A stretch of 64,000 nt of DNA from Gammaproteobacteria bacterium (GTDB taxonomy: Bacteria > Pseudomonadota > Gammaproteobacteria > Eutrophobiales > Eutrophobiaceae): positions 224,001-288,000 of the forward strand of contig CBDCTH010000004.1 of assembly GCA_965222155.1 (NCBI GenBank). Direction: 5' to 3'. Shown in pieces: positions 29,243-39,268 of the stretch. Within the stretch, counting starts at the first letter, position 1, and every line of letters starts with the position of its first letter. The notes beneath the pieces are model-generated. The model was not told the DNA's origin. It did no database searches and saw only the letters and a program-made list of their open reading frames with translations. The translations under genes and the position numbers were made by a program.

Positions 29243-29578
29243 CCCGCATATCTCACCAATCCGCTTGGAGGTAGACTGAAACTTGTGTGCTATCAAATAG
29301 TTACCTGGTTAATTCGGGTCATGGCATCATCACACACTGCGCTTGATGCGTTCATTGTGTCCGTCCTTGGACGCAACCCTGTGGGCGGCTGTCGCCGTGC
29401 AAATCGGCTGTCCTGCCGATTTGTCTCGCTTGTCTTTTGGCTGCCAGTGGGCACATGCTTCCTCAACCATAGCTACGGCTATGCTTTCGGTCCCCGTATC
29501 AAGTACGGGGCAGGCTCCGGCGCCCACTGGCAGCCAAAATCCTGTGCGATCATCACATCAATTGGTGAGATATCCGGG
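29243..29578. mobile_element. 336-bp MITE, CCCGGATTTC family, CTAG TSD, with nested hairpins
   Basis: CCCGCATATCTCACCAAT / ATTGGTGAGATATCCGGG; CTAG at 29239-29242 and 29579-29582. Confidence 0.85.
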
Positions 29579-29642
29579 CTAGTCCTGAGAGAGGACGACG
29601 GGAGGGGTTCTTATCAACAACGCCAGATACTTTTTGCACTAC

Positions 29643-29990
29643 CTATTTTATCGCCAGGGCCAGTATCGCAACCAGTAACGCGACCAGTGCCAAGACAAAA
29701 ACAAAAGTAGAACGTTGCAGAACCTGCTGCAGGGAGCCGGCCAGCGCTTCATTCTGCTTGGCCAGTTGTTCTATGAGTTTGACCTGTTCAACGTTGGCTT
29801 CATCCGTTGCGTCAAGGCGCGCCTCCAACCTGCCGATGACTTTTCCCAGGTTATCCGTGGTAACCGGTTCGGCCTCATATTCGCCGGGAGCTTCTTTTTT
29901 CCGATTACTGATTAAATTGATTAATTTGCCTGCGCCTTGAATGATCATGGGCGCGGAATTAAGGATCGTACCGATCGTAGTCGGGCTCAT
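29643..29990 (-). CDS. Hypothetical coiled-coil protein with C-terminal TM anchor
   Basis: ORF with heptads and a hydrophobic C-terminus. Confidence 0.65.
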   Translation of the reverse strand: MSPTTIGTILNSAPMIIQGAGKLINLISNRKKEAPGEYEAEPVTTDNLGKVIGRLEARLDATDEANVEQVKLIEQLAKQNEALAGSLQQVLQRSTFVFVLALVALLVAILALAIK

Positions 29991-30113
29991 GAATTTTTTA
30001 ATCACTGTGATCTTCACGTACTGAAATAATGCCGGCAATCCCCGCTGCCTGGGTGTTGCGGGCTGTTTGTCTGTTCCGAGGGCGCTCTCCGGCCCGTCCC
30101 GCGCGCGTTTGCG

Positions 30114-30141
30114 CTTGAAAAATTTTATCTCATCCCCATTT
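30114..30141 (+). promoter_or_regulatory. Sigma32 (RpoH) heat-shock promoter
   Basis: CTTGAAA-N13-CCCCATTT upstream of the Hsp20 pair. Confidence 0.85.
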
Positions 30142-30193
30142 ATTCTACCAGTGGCACATATTAACTCGTAAACATAATTCTGGAGGTGTAAAC

Positions 30194-30619
30194 ATGGTCA
30201 GATTATTTACAAATCCGATTGACAGTCTTTTAACCTTGCAAAAAGCCCTGTCGGACACGATGACGAACGACTGGTTCGGTTCAGGGCTCAGCAGCCGCGG
30301 CGGGTTTCCGCCTATCAATATATTCCAGGCGGACGGAGAATACGCGATTATTGCAGAACTGCCCGGCGTCAACAGGAAGGATATTGATATCGACGTCCAG
30401 CGCAACCGCGTCAGGGTTTCAGGAAAAAAGCAGGTGGACTATGGCGAAGGAGCAAGCGTACACCGGCGCGAGCGGCAAACGGGCGCGTTCGACCGTACCT
30501 TTGCCACGCCGTTTGAGATAGACGCAGAGCAGGTCAAGGCGGAATACTGTGACGGCATCCTCGCTTTGTCCCTGCCCCGGGCCGAGCAGGATAAGCCCCG
30601 TTCCATCAATATTTCCTGA
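30194..30619 (+). CDS. Hsp20/alpha-crystallin small heat-shock protein
   Basis: FPPINIF, AELPGV, RRERQTGAFDR, AEYCDGILALSLPR. Confidence 0.92.
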   Translation: MVRLFTNPIDSLLTLQKALSDTMTNDWFGSGLSSRGGFPPINIFQADGEYAIIAELPGVNRKDIDIDVQRNRVRVSGKKQVDYGEGASVHRRERQTGAFDRTFATPFEIDAEQVKAEYCDGILALSLPRAEQDKPRSINIS

Positions 30620-30663
30620 ACTTTTTAAGCGAACTTTTAGCCATTCACAGGCAGGAGGTTGTC

Positions 30664-31062
30664 ATGTCAGAGAATCAAGATTTAACTCCGCAGGAGAAGA
30701 AAGAGCTGGATGCAAAAGAAGAGAAGACCTATGCCGGAAAATTTTATTTGCCCGGTACGGATATCTTCGAAACCGGTGATGCGATCACCATGGCAATGGA
30801 AATGCCCGGTGTAAGCAAAGAGAGTATTGATATCAAGCTGGAGAAGCGCCGGCTTTCGGTGCAGGGCCATATTGATTTCAATAGTTATGAAAACTTCAAG
30901 CCGGTCTATACGGAATACAACGTCGGCCACTACAGCCGCAGTTTTGCCCTGTCCAGTGAGATCGACACGGATAATATTAATGCCAGTGTTGCCGACGGCG
31001 TGTTGACCCTGGTGCTGCCGAAAGCCAGGGAAACCCAGCTCAGGAAGATCCAGGTCAACTGA
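30664..31062 (+). CDS. Hsp20/alpha-crystallin small heat-shock protein
   Basis: TDIFET, EMPGV, YSRSFAL, ADGVLTLVLPK. Confidence 0.92.
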   Translation: MSENQDLTPQEKKELDAKEEKTYAGKFYLPGTDIFETGDAITMAMEMPGVSKESIDIKLEKRRLSVQGHIDFNSYENFKPVYTEYNVGHYSRSFALSSEIDTDNINASVADGVLTLVLPKARETQLRKIQVN

Positions 31063-31097
31063 GGAACAGGCTGACTGGCGGCGGCAGCTAAACCGGA

Positions 31098-31127
31098 ACG
31101 CAGAGACGCACTGGTGCGTCTCTGCGT
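31098..31127 (+). terminator. Strong hairpin after the Hsp20 pair (possible terminator or REP)
   Basis: ACGCAGAGACGCAC-tg-GTGCGTCTCTGCGT; no clear U-tract. Confidence 0.4.
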
Positions 31128-31224
31128 ATCTTGCGGCCGTTCCAGCCGGCGTTTTTCGGGAACCCTGACGCGCCGTTTAATTATTTTACAAAGGATATCC
31201 GTTTATCCGTACAATAACCGGTAA

Positions 31225-32187
31225 ATGTCAAACAGATCCGAGATTCTCCGACTTAAATCATTCATCTCCCGGCATATCATAGGCCAGCAGAAACTGGTGG
31301 AAAGACTGCTGATGGCCTTACTCGCTGATGGACATCTACTGGTTGAGGGCGCACCAGGCCTGGCCAAGACCCGGGCCATCAAAGTCCTGGGTGACGGCAT
31401 CAAAGCGGATTTTCACCGGGTTCAATTCACGCCTGACCTGCTGCCCGCAGACTTGACCGGTACCGAGATCTACCGCCCCCAGGATGGCACTTTCCAGTTC
31501 CAGCGCGGTCCTCTGTTTCATAACCTGATCCTGGCAGACGAAGTAAACCGGGCGCCGGCAAAAGTCCAGTCGGCATTGCTGGAAGCAATGGCCGAGAGGC
31601 AGATCACCGTCGGCAGGGAAACCTACCCGTTGCCGCAACTGTACCTGGTCATGGCAACGCAAAACCCCATCGAGCAGGAAGGCACCTATCCTTTGCCGGA
31701 GGCGCAGCTTGACCGGTTTCTGTTACACGTCGAGATTACCTACCCGGAAGCGGAAGACGAACTGGCAATCCTGGAACTGGCCAGGCGGGAGGCCCGGCAA
31801 GGTTATGACCCGACGGAATTATCACCCGTGACCCAGGAGGCCGTGTTTGCTGCCCGTAACGAGGCGTTGGATACCTACATGGCCGGGAACCTTGAGCAGT
31901 ACCTGATCCAGGTGGTGCTGGCGACACGCAACCCGGGCGCTTATGGTGACGACCTTGCCCAGTGGCTGCAGTACGGGGCCAGCCCCCGCGCAACCATCGC
32001 CCTGGACCGTTGCGCCCGCGTGCACGCCTGGCTGAATGACAAGGATTTTGTCGGGCCGGAAGACGTGCAGGCAGTGGTCTATGACGTACTTCGCCACCGC
32101 CTGATATTGAACTACGAAGCGGAAGCCGAAGGGATCACCACGGACCGCGTGATCGGTGAACTGATTACCCGCATCGCAGTACCCTGA
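31225..32187 (+). CDS. moxR: MoxR-family AAA+ ATPase
   Basis: EGAPGLAKT, QFTPDLLPAD, ADEVNRAPAKVQSALLE, YPLPEAQLDRF. Confidence 0.95.
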   Translation: MSNRSEILRLKSFISRHIIGQQKLVERLLMALLADGHLLVEGAPGLAKTRAIKVLGDGIKADFHRVQFTPDLLPADLTGTEIYRPQDGTFQFQRGPLFHNLILADEVNRAPAKVQSALLEAMAERQITVGRETYPLPQLYLVMATQNPIEQEGTYPLPEAQLDRFLLHVEITYPEAEDELAILELARREARQGYDPTELSPVTQEAVFAARNEALDTYMAGNLEQYLIQVVLATRNPGAYGDDLAQWLQYGASPRATIALDRCARVHAWLNDKDFVGPEDVQAVVYDVLRHRLILNYEAEAEGITTDRVIGELITRIAVP

Positions 32188-32305
32188 GGGCAGAGTGAAA
32201 CACAGGACGTCATTCCGGCGAATGCCGGAATCCAGTCAGATAAAGCACCTTGACCACGGCTTACAACATGCCGGGGTAGGTATAAGCGGCTCATTTTGAT
32301 CAGAT

Positions 32306-33292
32306 ATGCAGGCCAACATCTCCAATGCCGTTACTGATCCGGTACGGGTATCCGTACCGACCCTGGTCGGGTTGAATCGGCAGGCGGCCTCGATCCGGCT
32401 GGGCAGCGGCAGGATACTCTCCAGGCAAAGTGGTGATTACCAGTCTCCGTTCCGCGGGCGCGGCATGGAGTTTGATGAGTCAAGGCTATATCAGCCCGGA
32501 GATGATATCCGCAATATAGACTGGCGGGTGACGGCCAGAACCGGCAAGACCCATACCAAGCTGTTTCGGGAAGAGCGCGAGCGCCCGGTATTTGTCTGGA
32601 TAGATTTACGCGGGGCCATGCATTTCGCCACGCGCGGCAGGTATAAATCAGTTCTGGCCGCGCAACTGGCCGCCTTGATTGCCTGGAGCGCCTTGCATAA
32701 TGGCGATCGGGTAGGGGGAGTGGTTTTTTCCGAGGAGGAACATCATGAGTTAAGACCCCAGCGCGGCAAAACCGCGGTATTACGCCTGATCAACAGGATA
32801 GTCAACGACGCCGGCTGGGCACATCCGGCGCCTTCCGCAAGCGCTAACCAGTCACTTGAACATGCCTTGCAGCGCCTGCGCCGGGTGGCGCGGCCGGGCA
32901 GCCTGATTTTTTTAATCAGTGACTTCCGCCACCTGGACGCCCAGGCGGAGATAACCCTGAACCGGCTGTGCCTGCATAATGAAGTCGCCTTGCTGTTTGT
33001 TTATGATCAACTTGAACAGGCATTGCCTCCACCCGGACGCTACAAGGTAAGTGACGGCAATCGGGAGTTCCTGGTGGATACAACGGATAATCACCTGGTC
33101 GCGCAATACCGCCGGCAGTTTCAAGAGCGCCAGGACCGGTTACGGCAGCTTTCCAGGTCAAACCGGATGATTTTACTCCCGTGCAGAACCGACGCCGAAC
33201 CGCTGTCGCTATTGCTCGACGGCTTGAAGTCCAGCGGCCGAAAGACAGAAGACGCCAGCCCGAAGCCGGAGGAAAAAGGACAGTGGGCATAA
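32306..33292 (+). CDS. DUF58 domain protein
   Basis: RGRGMEFDESRLYQPGDDIRNIDWRVTAR. Confidence 0.93.
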   Translation: MQANISNAVTDPVRVSVPTLVGLNRQAASIRLGSGRILSRQSGDYQSPFRGRGMEFDESRLYQPGDDIRNIDWRVTARTGKTHTKLFREERERPVFVWIDLRGAMHFATRGRYKSVLAAQLAALIAWSALHNGDRVGGVVFSEEEHHELRPQRGKTAVLRLINRIVNDAGWAHPAPSASANQSLEHALQRLRRVARPGSLIFLISDFRHLDAQAEITLNRLCLHNEVALLFVYDQLEQALPPPGRYKVSDGNREFLVDTTDNHLVAQYRRQFQERQDRLRQLSRSNRMILLPCRTDAEPLSLLLDGLKSSGRKTEDASPKPEEKGQWA

Positions 33293-33296
33293 TACG

Positions 33297-33845
33297 ATGC
33301 AGCCCGCCTCATTAAATCCGGATCCTGCTACATTGCCGCTCAGGGAAATTCATCTCCCCGAGAGTATTGGCTGGTGGCCGCCGGCGCCGGGGTGGTGGAT
33401 CCTGCCCGGACTCGTGTTGCTGGTGGCAGCCGTGACCTGGTATTGCCAGCTCCTGTACCAGCGCCGCAAGTATTCCGCCATTAACATGGCAAGAAAGGAG
33501 CTGGCCGAGATCAAGTCACGCTATGCCGCTGACCGCGATGCCAGGCACTGTGTCCGGTCTGTTTCCGGTCTATTGAGACGGCTGTGTATCAGTGTATTCC
33601 CCAGGACCGAGAGCGCCGGGTTGACCGGCGCCGAATGGCTGGCATTCTTGCGGGGGGCCGCACAATCTGAAGCCGGAGGAGGGGAGTCACGGGACGGAGG
33701 GCAAAAAACAGGTGATGAAAGATTGCAGCACATAGGCAAGCTGCTGCTTGAAGCCCCGTATCGCCAACAGGTCGTTGAGGAAGACGTCGATTCCTTGATT
33801 GGCTTCTGCTCGGACTGGATTGGCTCACTGGCCGGGAGAAAATAA
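33297..33845 (+). CDS. DUF4381 domain protein
   Basis: LREIHLPESIGWWPPAPGWW, LTGAEWLAFL. Confidence 0.88.
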   Translation: MQPASLNPDPATLPLREIHLPESIGWWPPAPGWWILPGLVLLVAAVTWYCQLLYQRRKYSAINMARKELAEIKSRYAADRDARHCVRSVSGLLRRLCISVFPRTESAGLTGAEWLAFLRGAAQSEAGGGESRDGGQKTGDERLQHIGKLLLEAPYRQQVVEEDVDSLIGFCSDWIGSLAGRK

Positions 33846-34822
33846 TGATTGCTTTCGAATGGCCCTGGTTAATCCTGTTGTTGCCGCTGCCGTATTTCAT
33901 TTACCGCTACGCGCGTCCCTGCAACGTCGCCGGGAAATCTGCCCTGCGGGTGCCTTTCCTGGATGACTTCGTCGAGGCTGAACCGGACGTCGCGAGCAAA
34001 ACTCGTCCCTGGCCCTTATGGATTGCGCTTATCGCCTGGTGCCTGCTGATTTTCTCCGCCATGCGGCCGCAATGGCTGGGCGACCTGCTTGAAGTTCCCA
34101 TCACCGGCCGGGAACTCATGCTGGCGGTTGATTTGTCCGGCAGCATGGAGCAGCAGGACTTCGCCCAGGGAGGCAGGAGAATTGACCGGCTTACTGCGAC
34201 AAAACTGGTTGCCGGTGATTTTATCGAGCGCCGAATTGGCGACCGGATCGGCCTGATCCTGTTCGGCGAGCAGGCTTATTTGCAGGCGCCCCTGACATTT
34301 GATCGTGAAACGGTCAGGACCTTGTTGTCCGAGGCCGTAATCGGACTTGCCGGGAAATCGACCGCTATCGGCGATGCCATCGGCTTGGCGGTAAAACGCT
34401 TACGCGAGCGCGATGAAAGCCAGCGTGTTCTGGTCCTGTTGACGGATGGCGCGAATACGGCCGGTGTCGTTGACCCGGTTTCCGCGGCTGAACTGGCGGG
34501 CCGCGAGGGATTGAAGATTTATACTATCGGCATAGGCGCCACTGAACTGGTTGAACGCAGCCTGTTCGGCGCCAGGAGGATTAACCCGTCTGCAGACCTT
34601 GACGAGACGGTCCTGAAGGAGATTGCCAACCTGACCGGCGGCGCCTATTTCCGCGCCCGCGACCTGGACGAGTTGGAACAGATATACGCATTGATCGATG
34701 AACTGGAACCCGTTGAACAGGACCCGAAGAAGTTCAGGCCGCAGAAATCCCTTTATTACTGGCCCCTGGCCGCGGCATTATTGCTCGGCGCCTTATTGGG
34801 GCTTATGAAAATACGCATGTGA
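33845..34822 (+). CDS. VWA domain protein (BatA-like)
   Basis: MIDAS DLSGS, TAIGDAIG, LLTDGANT. Confidence 0.92.
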   Translation: MIAFEWPWLILLLPLPYFIYRYARPCNVAGKSALRVPFLDDFVEAEPDVASKTRPWPLWIALIAWCLLIFSAMRPQWLGDLLEVPITGRELMLAVDLSGSMEQQDFAQGGRRIDRLTATKLVAGDFIERRIGDRIGLILFGEQAYLQAPLTFDRETVRTLLSEAVIGLAGKSTAIGDAIGLAVKRLRERDESQRVLVLLTDGANTAGVVDPVSAAELAGREGLKIYTIGIGATELVERSLFGARRINPSADLDETVLKEIANLTGGAYFRARDLDELEQIYALIDELEPVEQDPKKFRPQKSLYYWPLAAALLLGALLGLMKIRM

Positions 34823-36579
34823 CCGTCATGGATATGGAATTATTTCACTTTTTACGGCCACAGTGGTTTTTTGCCTTGCTGCCCCTGGCGCTTCTGCTCT
34901 GGTTCATGTTTTTCAGGAAGGGGGCGGAGAGCAACTGGGAAGCGCTGGTCGACGAACCGTTACTGCCGCATATATTGATCAAGGGTGTGCGCAGCACGCA
35001 GCGCGTTGCGCTCATTTCCAGCGCAGCAGGCGGGTTGCTGGGTATTATTGCACTGGCGGGTCCGGCATGGGAGAAACTGCCGCAACCCGTGTTCACGGTG
35101 CAGGATGCCCTGGTTATCGCCCTGGACCTCACACGTTCCATGGATGCGCCTGACGTGTCTCCCAGCAGGCTGGAACGGGCTCGCTACAAAATCCGGGATA
35201 TTCTGGATCAACGGCAGGAAGGGCAGACTGCTTTGCTGGTCTATACCGGGGAAGCCTTTACGGTCACACCGCTGACCGACGATGGCGCAACCATCAAGTC
35301 GCAATTGAAGGCGCTGGATACCAATATCATGCCGGTAACCGGCAATCGGACCGACAGGGCGCTTGACAAGTCACTGGACCTGCTCAAACAGGCAGGCATG
35401 GGACGCGGCCATGTCTTGCTGATCACCGATGACGCGGACCCGGACAGTGCGCAAGAAAGTGTACGCCGACTGCGTAATGAGGGTTATCAACTTTCCATTC
35501 TGGGCGTAGGCACACGCCACGGCGCGCCTGTGTTGTTGCCGGATGGTGGTTTCCTGAAGGGGAAAGACGGTGAGATCGTCATCCCCGTCCTGGATGAGGA
35601 CGCATTGCGCCGGCTTGCTTCATCAGGCGCAGGAATTTATGTCCGATTGACAAAAGACGATCAGGACATCAGCCTGTTGACCGGGAATTTCTCCGCGGCC
35701 CAACCCGACACTGAGCAGGCCGGCGCCGGGATAACGGCGGATGTCTGGCGCGAACAAGGCCCCTGGCTGGTGTTGTGTCTACTTCCTCTGGCTACCCTGC
35801 TGTTCCGGCGCGGCTATATTTTTGTATTGGCGTTGGTGCTGCTTCCCCCGGCGGGTCCGGTTCACGCACTGGACTGGGAGGGTCTATGGTTGCGTAACGA
35901 TCAACAGGGACAGCGGGCGATGGATGCCCGGGACTATGCGACTGCGGCTGAATTGTTCGATGACCCCGCCTGGAAAGCGGCCGCGCAACACCGCTCCGGA
36001 AATTATCAGGCGGCCCTCGATATCCTGGAACAACTCGATGACACGGAAAGCAATTATAACAGGGGGAACGCACTGGCCCGCCTGGGACGTTACCAGGAGG
36101 CCATCGCAGCTTATGACAAAATCCTGGCTGAACTACCGGATCATGCCGATGCAAAATTCAACCGGGAATTACTGGAGCAGGAACTGGAACGACAGCAACA
36201 GCAACAACAGGAGCAGGAACAACAGGATCAGCAGAACCAGGGGCAACAGGACAGACAACAGGCCGGGCAGGAACAGCAAGAACAGTCCCAATCCCGGCAG
36301 GATGAGGCTCAGCAGGAGCAGGCAGAGCGAAATGAAAGGTCGGAACAGGATAGACAAGAACAGGCTCAACGACAGGAGCAAAATGAACAAGGGAAGCAAC
36401 AACAGGATAGGGAAGCTGAGCAGCAAGTCGCGCAAAGCGACGATATGAAGACTGCCGAGGAGCAACAGGCCACGGAACAATGGCTGCGCCGAATTCCAGA
36501 CGACCCCTCAGGGCTGCTCAGGCGAAAGTTCCGCTATCAGTACCAGCAACGCAACTACGAGGCCAATCAGGATGAATAA
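34819..36579 (+). CDS. VWA + TPR protein with Gln-rich linker (BatB/C-like)
   Basis: DLTRSM, YNRGNALAR, QWLRRIPDDPSGLLRRKF. Confidence 0.9.
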   Translation: MTVMDMELFHFLRPQWFFALLPLALLLWFMFFRKGAESNWEALVDEPLLPHILIKGVRSTQRVALISSAAGGLLGIIALAGPAWEKLPQPVFTVQDALVIALDLTRSMDAPDVSPSRLERARYKIRDILDQRQEGQTALLVYTGEAFTVTPLTDDGATIKSQLKALDTNIMPVTGNRTDRALDKSLDLLKQAGMGRGHVLLITDDADPDSAQESVRRLRNEGYQLSILGVGTRHGAPVLLPDGGFLKGKDGEIVIPVLDEDALRRLASSGAGIYVRLTKDDQDISLLTGNFSAAQPDTEQAGAGITADVWREQGPWLVLCLLPLATLLFRRGYIFVLALVLLPPAGPVHALDWEGLWLRNDQQGQRAMDARDYATAAELFDDPAWKAAAQHRSGNYQAALDILEQLDDTESNYNRGNALARLGRYQEAIAAYDKILAELPDHADAKFNRELLEQELERQQQQQQEQEQQDQQNQGQQDRQQAGQEQQEQSQSRQDEAQQEQAERNERSEQDRQEQAQRQEQNEQGKQQQDREAEQQVAQSDDMKTAEEQQATEQWLRRIPDDPSGLLRRKFRYQYQQRNYEANQDE

Positions 36580-38293
36580 ATCTGGTAATATCTTCGGGCT
36601 GGTCATAGTGACTGTCCTGGCGCTGTTTCCCGGTTTCTCCGGCGCCGCAACCATTACCGTCAAAACCGATCGGAACCCGGCTGTATTACAGGAATCCTTC
36701 CAGTTGGTATTTGAAGCTGCCGGAAGCGTGGATGGCGATCCCGATTTTTCTCCGTTGGAAAAAGACTTTCAGGTGCTGTCCACCAGCACCAGTACCAGCA
36801 TGAGTATCGTCAACACAAAAATCACCCGCACCAAACAATGGCGACTGACCGTATTGCCGCTGAATACTGGCAACCTGGTTATCCCTGCCATTTCTTTCGG
36901 CAAGGATATAAGTCCACAAACGCCATTGACGGTCAAACAGGCCGCAACCGGTTCGACAGATCAGGCCTCGCGGGACATATATCTGGAAGTCGAGGTGGTC
37001 CCTGAGTCGGCTTATGTCCAAGCCGAATTGATTTATACCGTAAAACTGTATCGCGCGATCGCCACATCCAACGAGACCTTATCCGAACCGGAACTGAGCC
37101 AGGGGAGCGCAATTATTGAACCGCTGGATGCGGACAGGAGTTATGACCTCTTCATTGAAGGCAGGCGCTATGCCGTCTTTGAAAGGCGCTACGGTATCTA
37201 TCCCCAGGTCAGCGGGACCTTGCTGCTCAAGCCGGTCCGGTTTCAGGCGCAGGTGTCGGCAACCTCATCCTTCAGTCTCGATCCGTTCGGAGCCAGGACA
37301 AATACGCTGGTAAGACAATCGGAACCGGTACGGCTGGAGATCAAACCGGTCTCCGGCGCCTACCAGAGCGGACACTGGCTGCCCGCGACTGACGTGAAGA
37401 TAACCGAGAAGTGGTCAAAAAACCCGCTTGAGTTGTTGCCCAATGAACCGGTGACCCGTACCCTCACGCTTAGCGCGCAGGGTTTGACCGCCAGCCAGTT
37501 GCCGGAAATGCAGGAACAACTCCCCGCAGACTTCAAGCAATATCCCGATATACCGGTGCTGAAAAACCAGCAGGCCGCTATCGGAATAACAGGGATAAGA
37601 CAGCAAAAGAACGCCATTATCCCGGCGCGGGCGGGTGAATTTACCTTGCCGGGGATCTCTCTGCCCTGGTGGAATAGCGAGACGCAGACCATGGAAAATG
37701 CAGTTTTACCCGAACGGCGCGTACAGGTAGCGGCGGTTGAATCGGAGGCAGCTATCGAGGCGCCGGACTTGCCTGCGCTTGATTTGGATACGGCGGACCC
37801 TGGACAGACAGTCCCGGACGCCGCGCAGACTGCCACAGCCGAAGACACGGCCCCTCCCGACGTTTCGCTCTGGCAATGGCTTACCTGCATCCTGGCGGTA
37901 ACCTGGGTCATCACTCTCGTATATATACTGAACAATAGAAGACGCCCGCGGCCTGTGACCCCGCAGACGCATACAGGAGATATTAACGAGGCGCTGAAAG
38001 CCCTTAAACGGGCCTGTCAGGACAATGACCCGCAACGGGCAAAAGCGGCTTTGTTACGCTGGGCAAAGGCGCGCGCAAGCGGAGCGCCGGTCACCAGCCT
38101 GGGCGACCTGGAACAACACAGCAGTGAGAAACTGGCTGCGGAAATCCGCGATCTGTCGCGCCGGCTTTATTCCCGTGCGACAGACCCCTGGCGCGGCGAA
38201 CCATTGTGGCAGGCATTTTTGCAGGAGCGCAAAACTGCCGATACGGAAACAGCGCTGACCCGCGGCAACCTGGAGCCACTATTTCGTCTGTAG
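36572..38293 (+). CDS. BatD family protein
   Basis: Signal peptide, PDFSPLEKDF, WLPA, PWW; operon context. Confidence 0.88.
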   Translation: MNKSGNIFGLVIVTVLALFPGFSGAATITVKTDRNPAVLQESFQLVFEAAGSVDGDPDFSPLEKDFQVLSTSTSTSMSIVNTKITRTKQWRLTVLPLNTGNLVIPAISFGKDISPQTPLTVKQAATGSTDQASRDIYLEVEVVPESAYVQAELIYTVKLYRAIATSNETLSEPELSQGSAIIEPLDADRSYDLFIEGRRYAVFERRYGIYPQVSGTLLLKPVRFQAQVSATSSFSLDPFGARTNTLVRQSEPVRLEIKPVSGAYQSGHWLPATDVKITEKWSKNPLELLPNEPVTRTLTLSAQGLTASQLPEMQEQLPADFKQYPDIPVLKNQQAAIGITGIRQQKNAIIPARAGEFTLPGISLPWWNSETQTMENAVLPERRVQVAAVESEAAIEAPDLPALDLDTADPGQTVPDAAQTATAEDTAPPDVSLWQWLTCILAVTWVITLVYILNNRRRPRPVTPQTHTGDINEALKALKRACQDNDPQRAKAALLRWAKARASGAPVTSLGDLEQHSSEKLAAEIRDLSRRLYSRATDPWRGEPLWQAFLQERKTADTETALTRGNLEPLFRL

Positions 38294-38365
38294 TCAGGGG
38301 ACAAACAGGGGACAGATTTAAAATCTGTCCCCAAATATACAAATATACATACTGTCTATCACTCC

Positions 38366-39166
38366 TCACAGTTTGACAAACTTCATGGTCATCCTGTCGC
38401 TTTCGCCTATGGCGGTGTATTTTGCCCTGTCCTTCTCACCCAGGCGGTACGTGGGAGGCAGGGTCCAGACGCCCTCCGGATAATCCTTGGTGTCTTTTGG
38501 GTTGGCATTGGTTTCCGATTTTTTCACCAGTTCAAAGCCCATGCCTTCCAGCAGTCCGATCAGGTAACTTTCAGGCACGTAGCCGAGTTCGGCGCTTTCC
38601 TTGGCATCGCTCCCGGGTTCGGCCCGGTGCTGGACCACGCCCAGAGTCCCGCCGGGCTTGAGCACCCGGTAAAGTGAACGGTATATGTCTTCCACAGCGC
38701 CGGAACGGATCCAGTTGTGGGTATTGCGAAACGTCAGCACCACGTCGAAACCGGCATCCTCGAAGTTCTCCAGGTATGCCTCACCCTGGAACACGCCGAG
38801 TACGACCTTGCCGTAAATCTCCGGTTCGCCGTCAAATTTTTCCACAAGTTTGTTATGAATGCTGCGCAGGTACTCAACGGAATGTTCATGGCCGAAACTG
38901 GCGACCGCGAGCAGGCCGTCATCTTTCAGGTACGGGGCCAGTATCTCTGTATACCAGCCGCCGCCGGGCAGGATTTCAAGCACGCGCATATCCGGCTTGA
39001 TGCCGAAGAACGACAGGGTTTCCTTGGGATGGCGATAGACGTCCCTGGCTACGTTTTTCGCATCCCGTTGTGATCCTGAGATGACCGCGTCCAGCGGGTC
39101 CGGGCCGTTTTCGGCACATCCTGAAACCACAACCGTGAACAACAAGAAACTGATTACACTTCGCAC
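38366..39166 (-). CDS. Predicted lipoprotein class I SAM-dependent methyltransferase
   Basis: RDVYRHPKETLSFFG, EILPGGGWYT, LTFRNTHNW, IGESDRM. Confidence 0.88.
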   Translation of the reverse strand: MRSVISFLLFTVVVSGCAENGPDPLDAVISGSQRDAKNVARDVYRHPKETLSFFGIKPDMRVLEILPGGGWYTEILAPYLKDDGLLAVASFGHEHSVEYLRSIHNKLVEKFDGEPEIYGKVVLGVFQGEAYLENFEDAGFDVVLTFRNTHNWIRSGAVEDIYRSLYRVLKPGGTLGVVQHRAEPGSDAKESAELGYVPESYLIGLLEGMGFELVKKSETNANPKDTKDYPEGVWTLPPTYRLGEKDRAKYTAIGESDRMTMKFVKL

Positions 39167-39268
39167 AATTTTTTCTCCTATAGTATTGACGCCATCTAAA
39201 CGTTACTATGACTTTGTTAAAGGACAAGTCAGGTTGCGATCCATATTTAATATGCCAACCAGTTTCTG

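Noticed and set aside
36180-36480. CAG/CAA-rich low-complexity tract and antisense poly-Leu ORF 36169-36480
   Set aside because: Ordinary Gln-rich linker of BatB/C-type proteins; the antisense ORF is its shadow.
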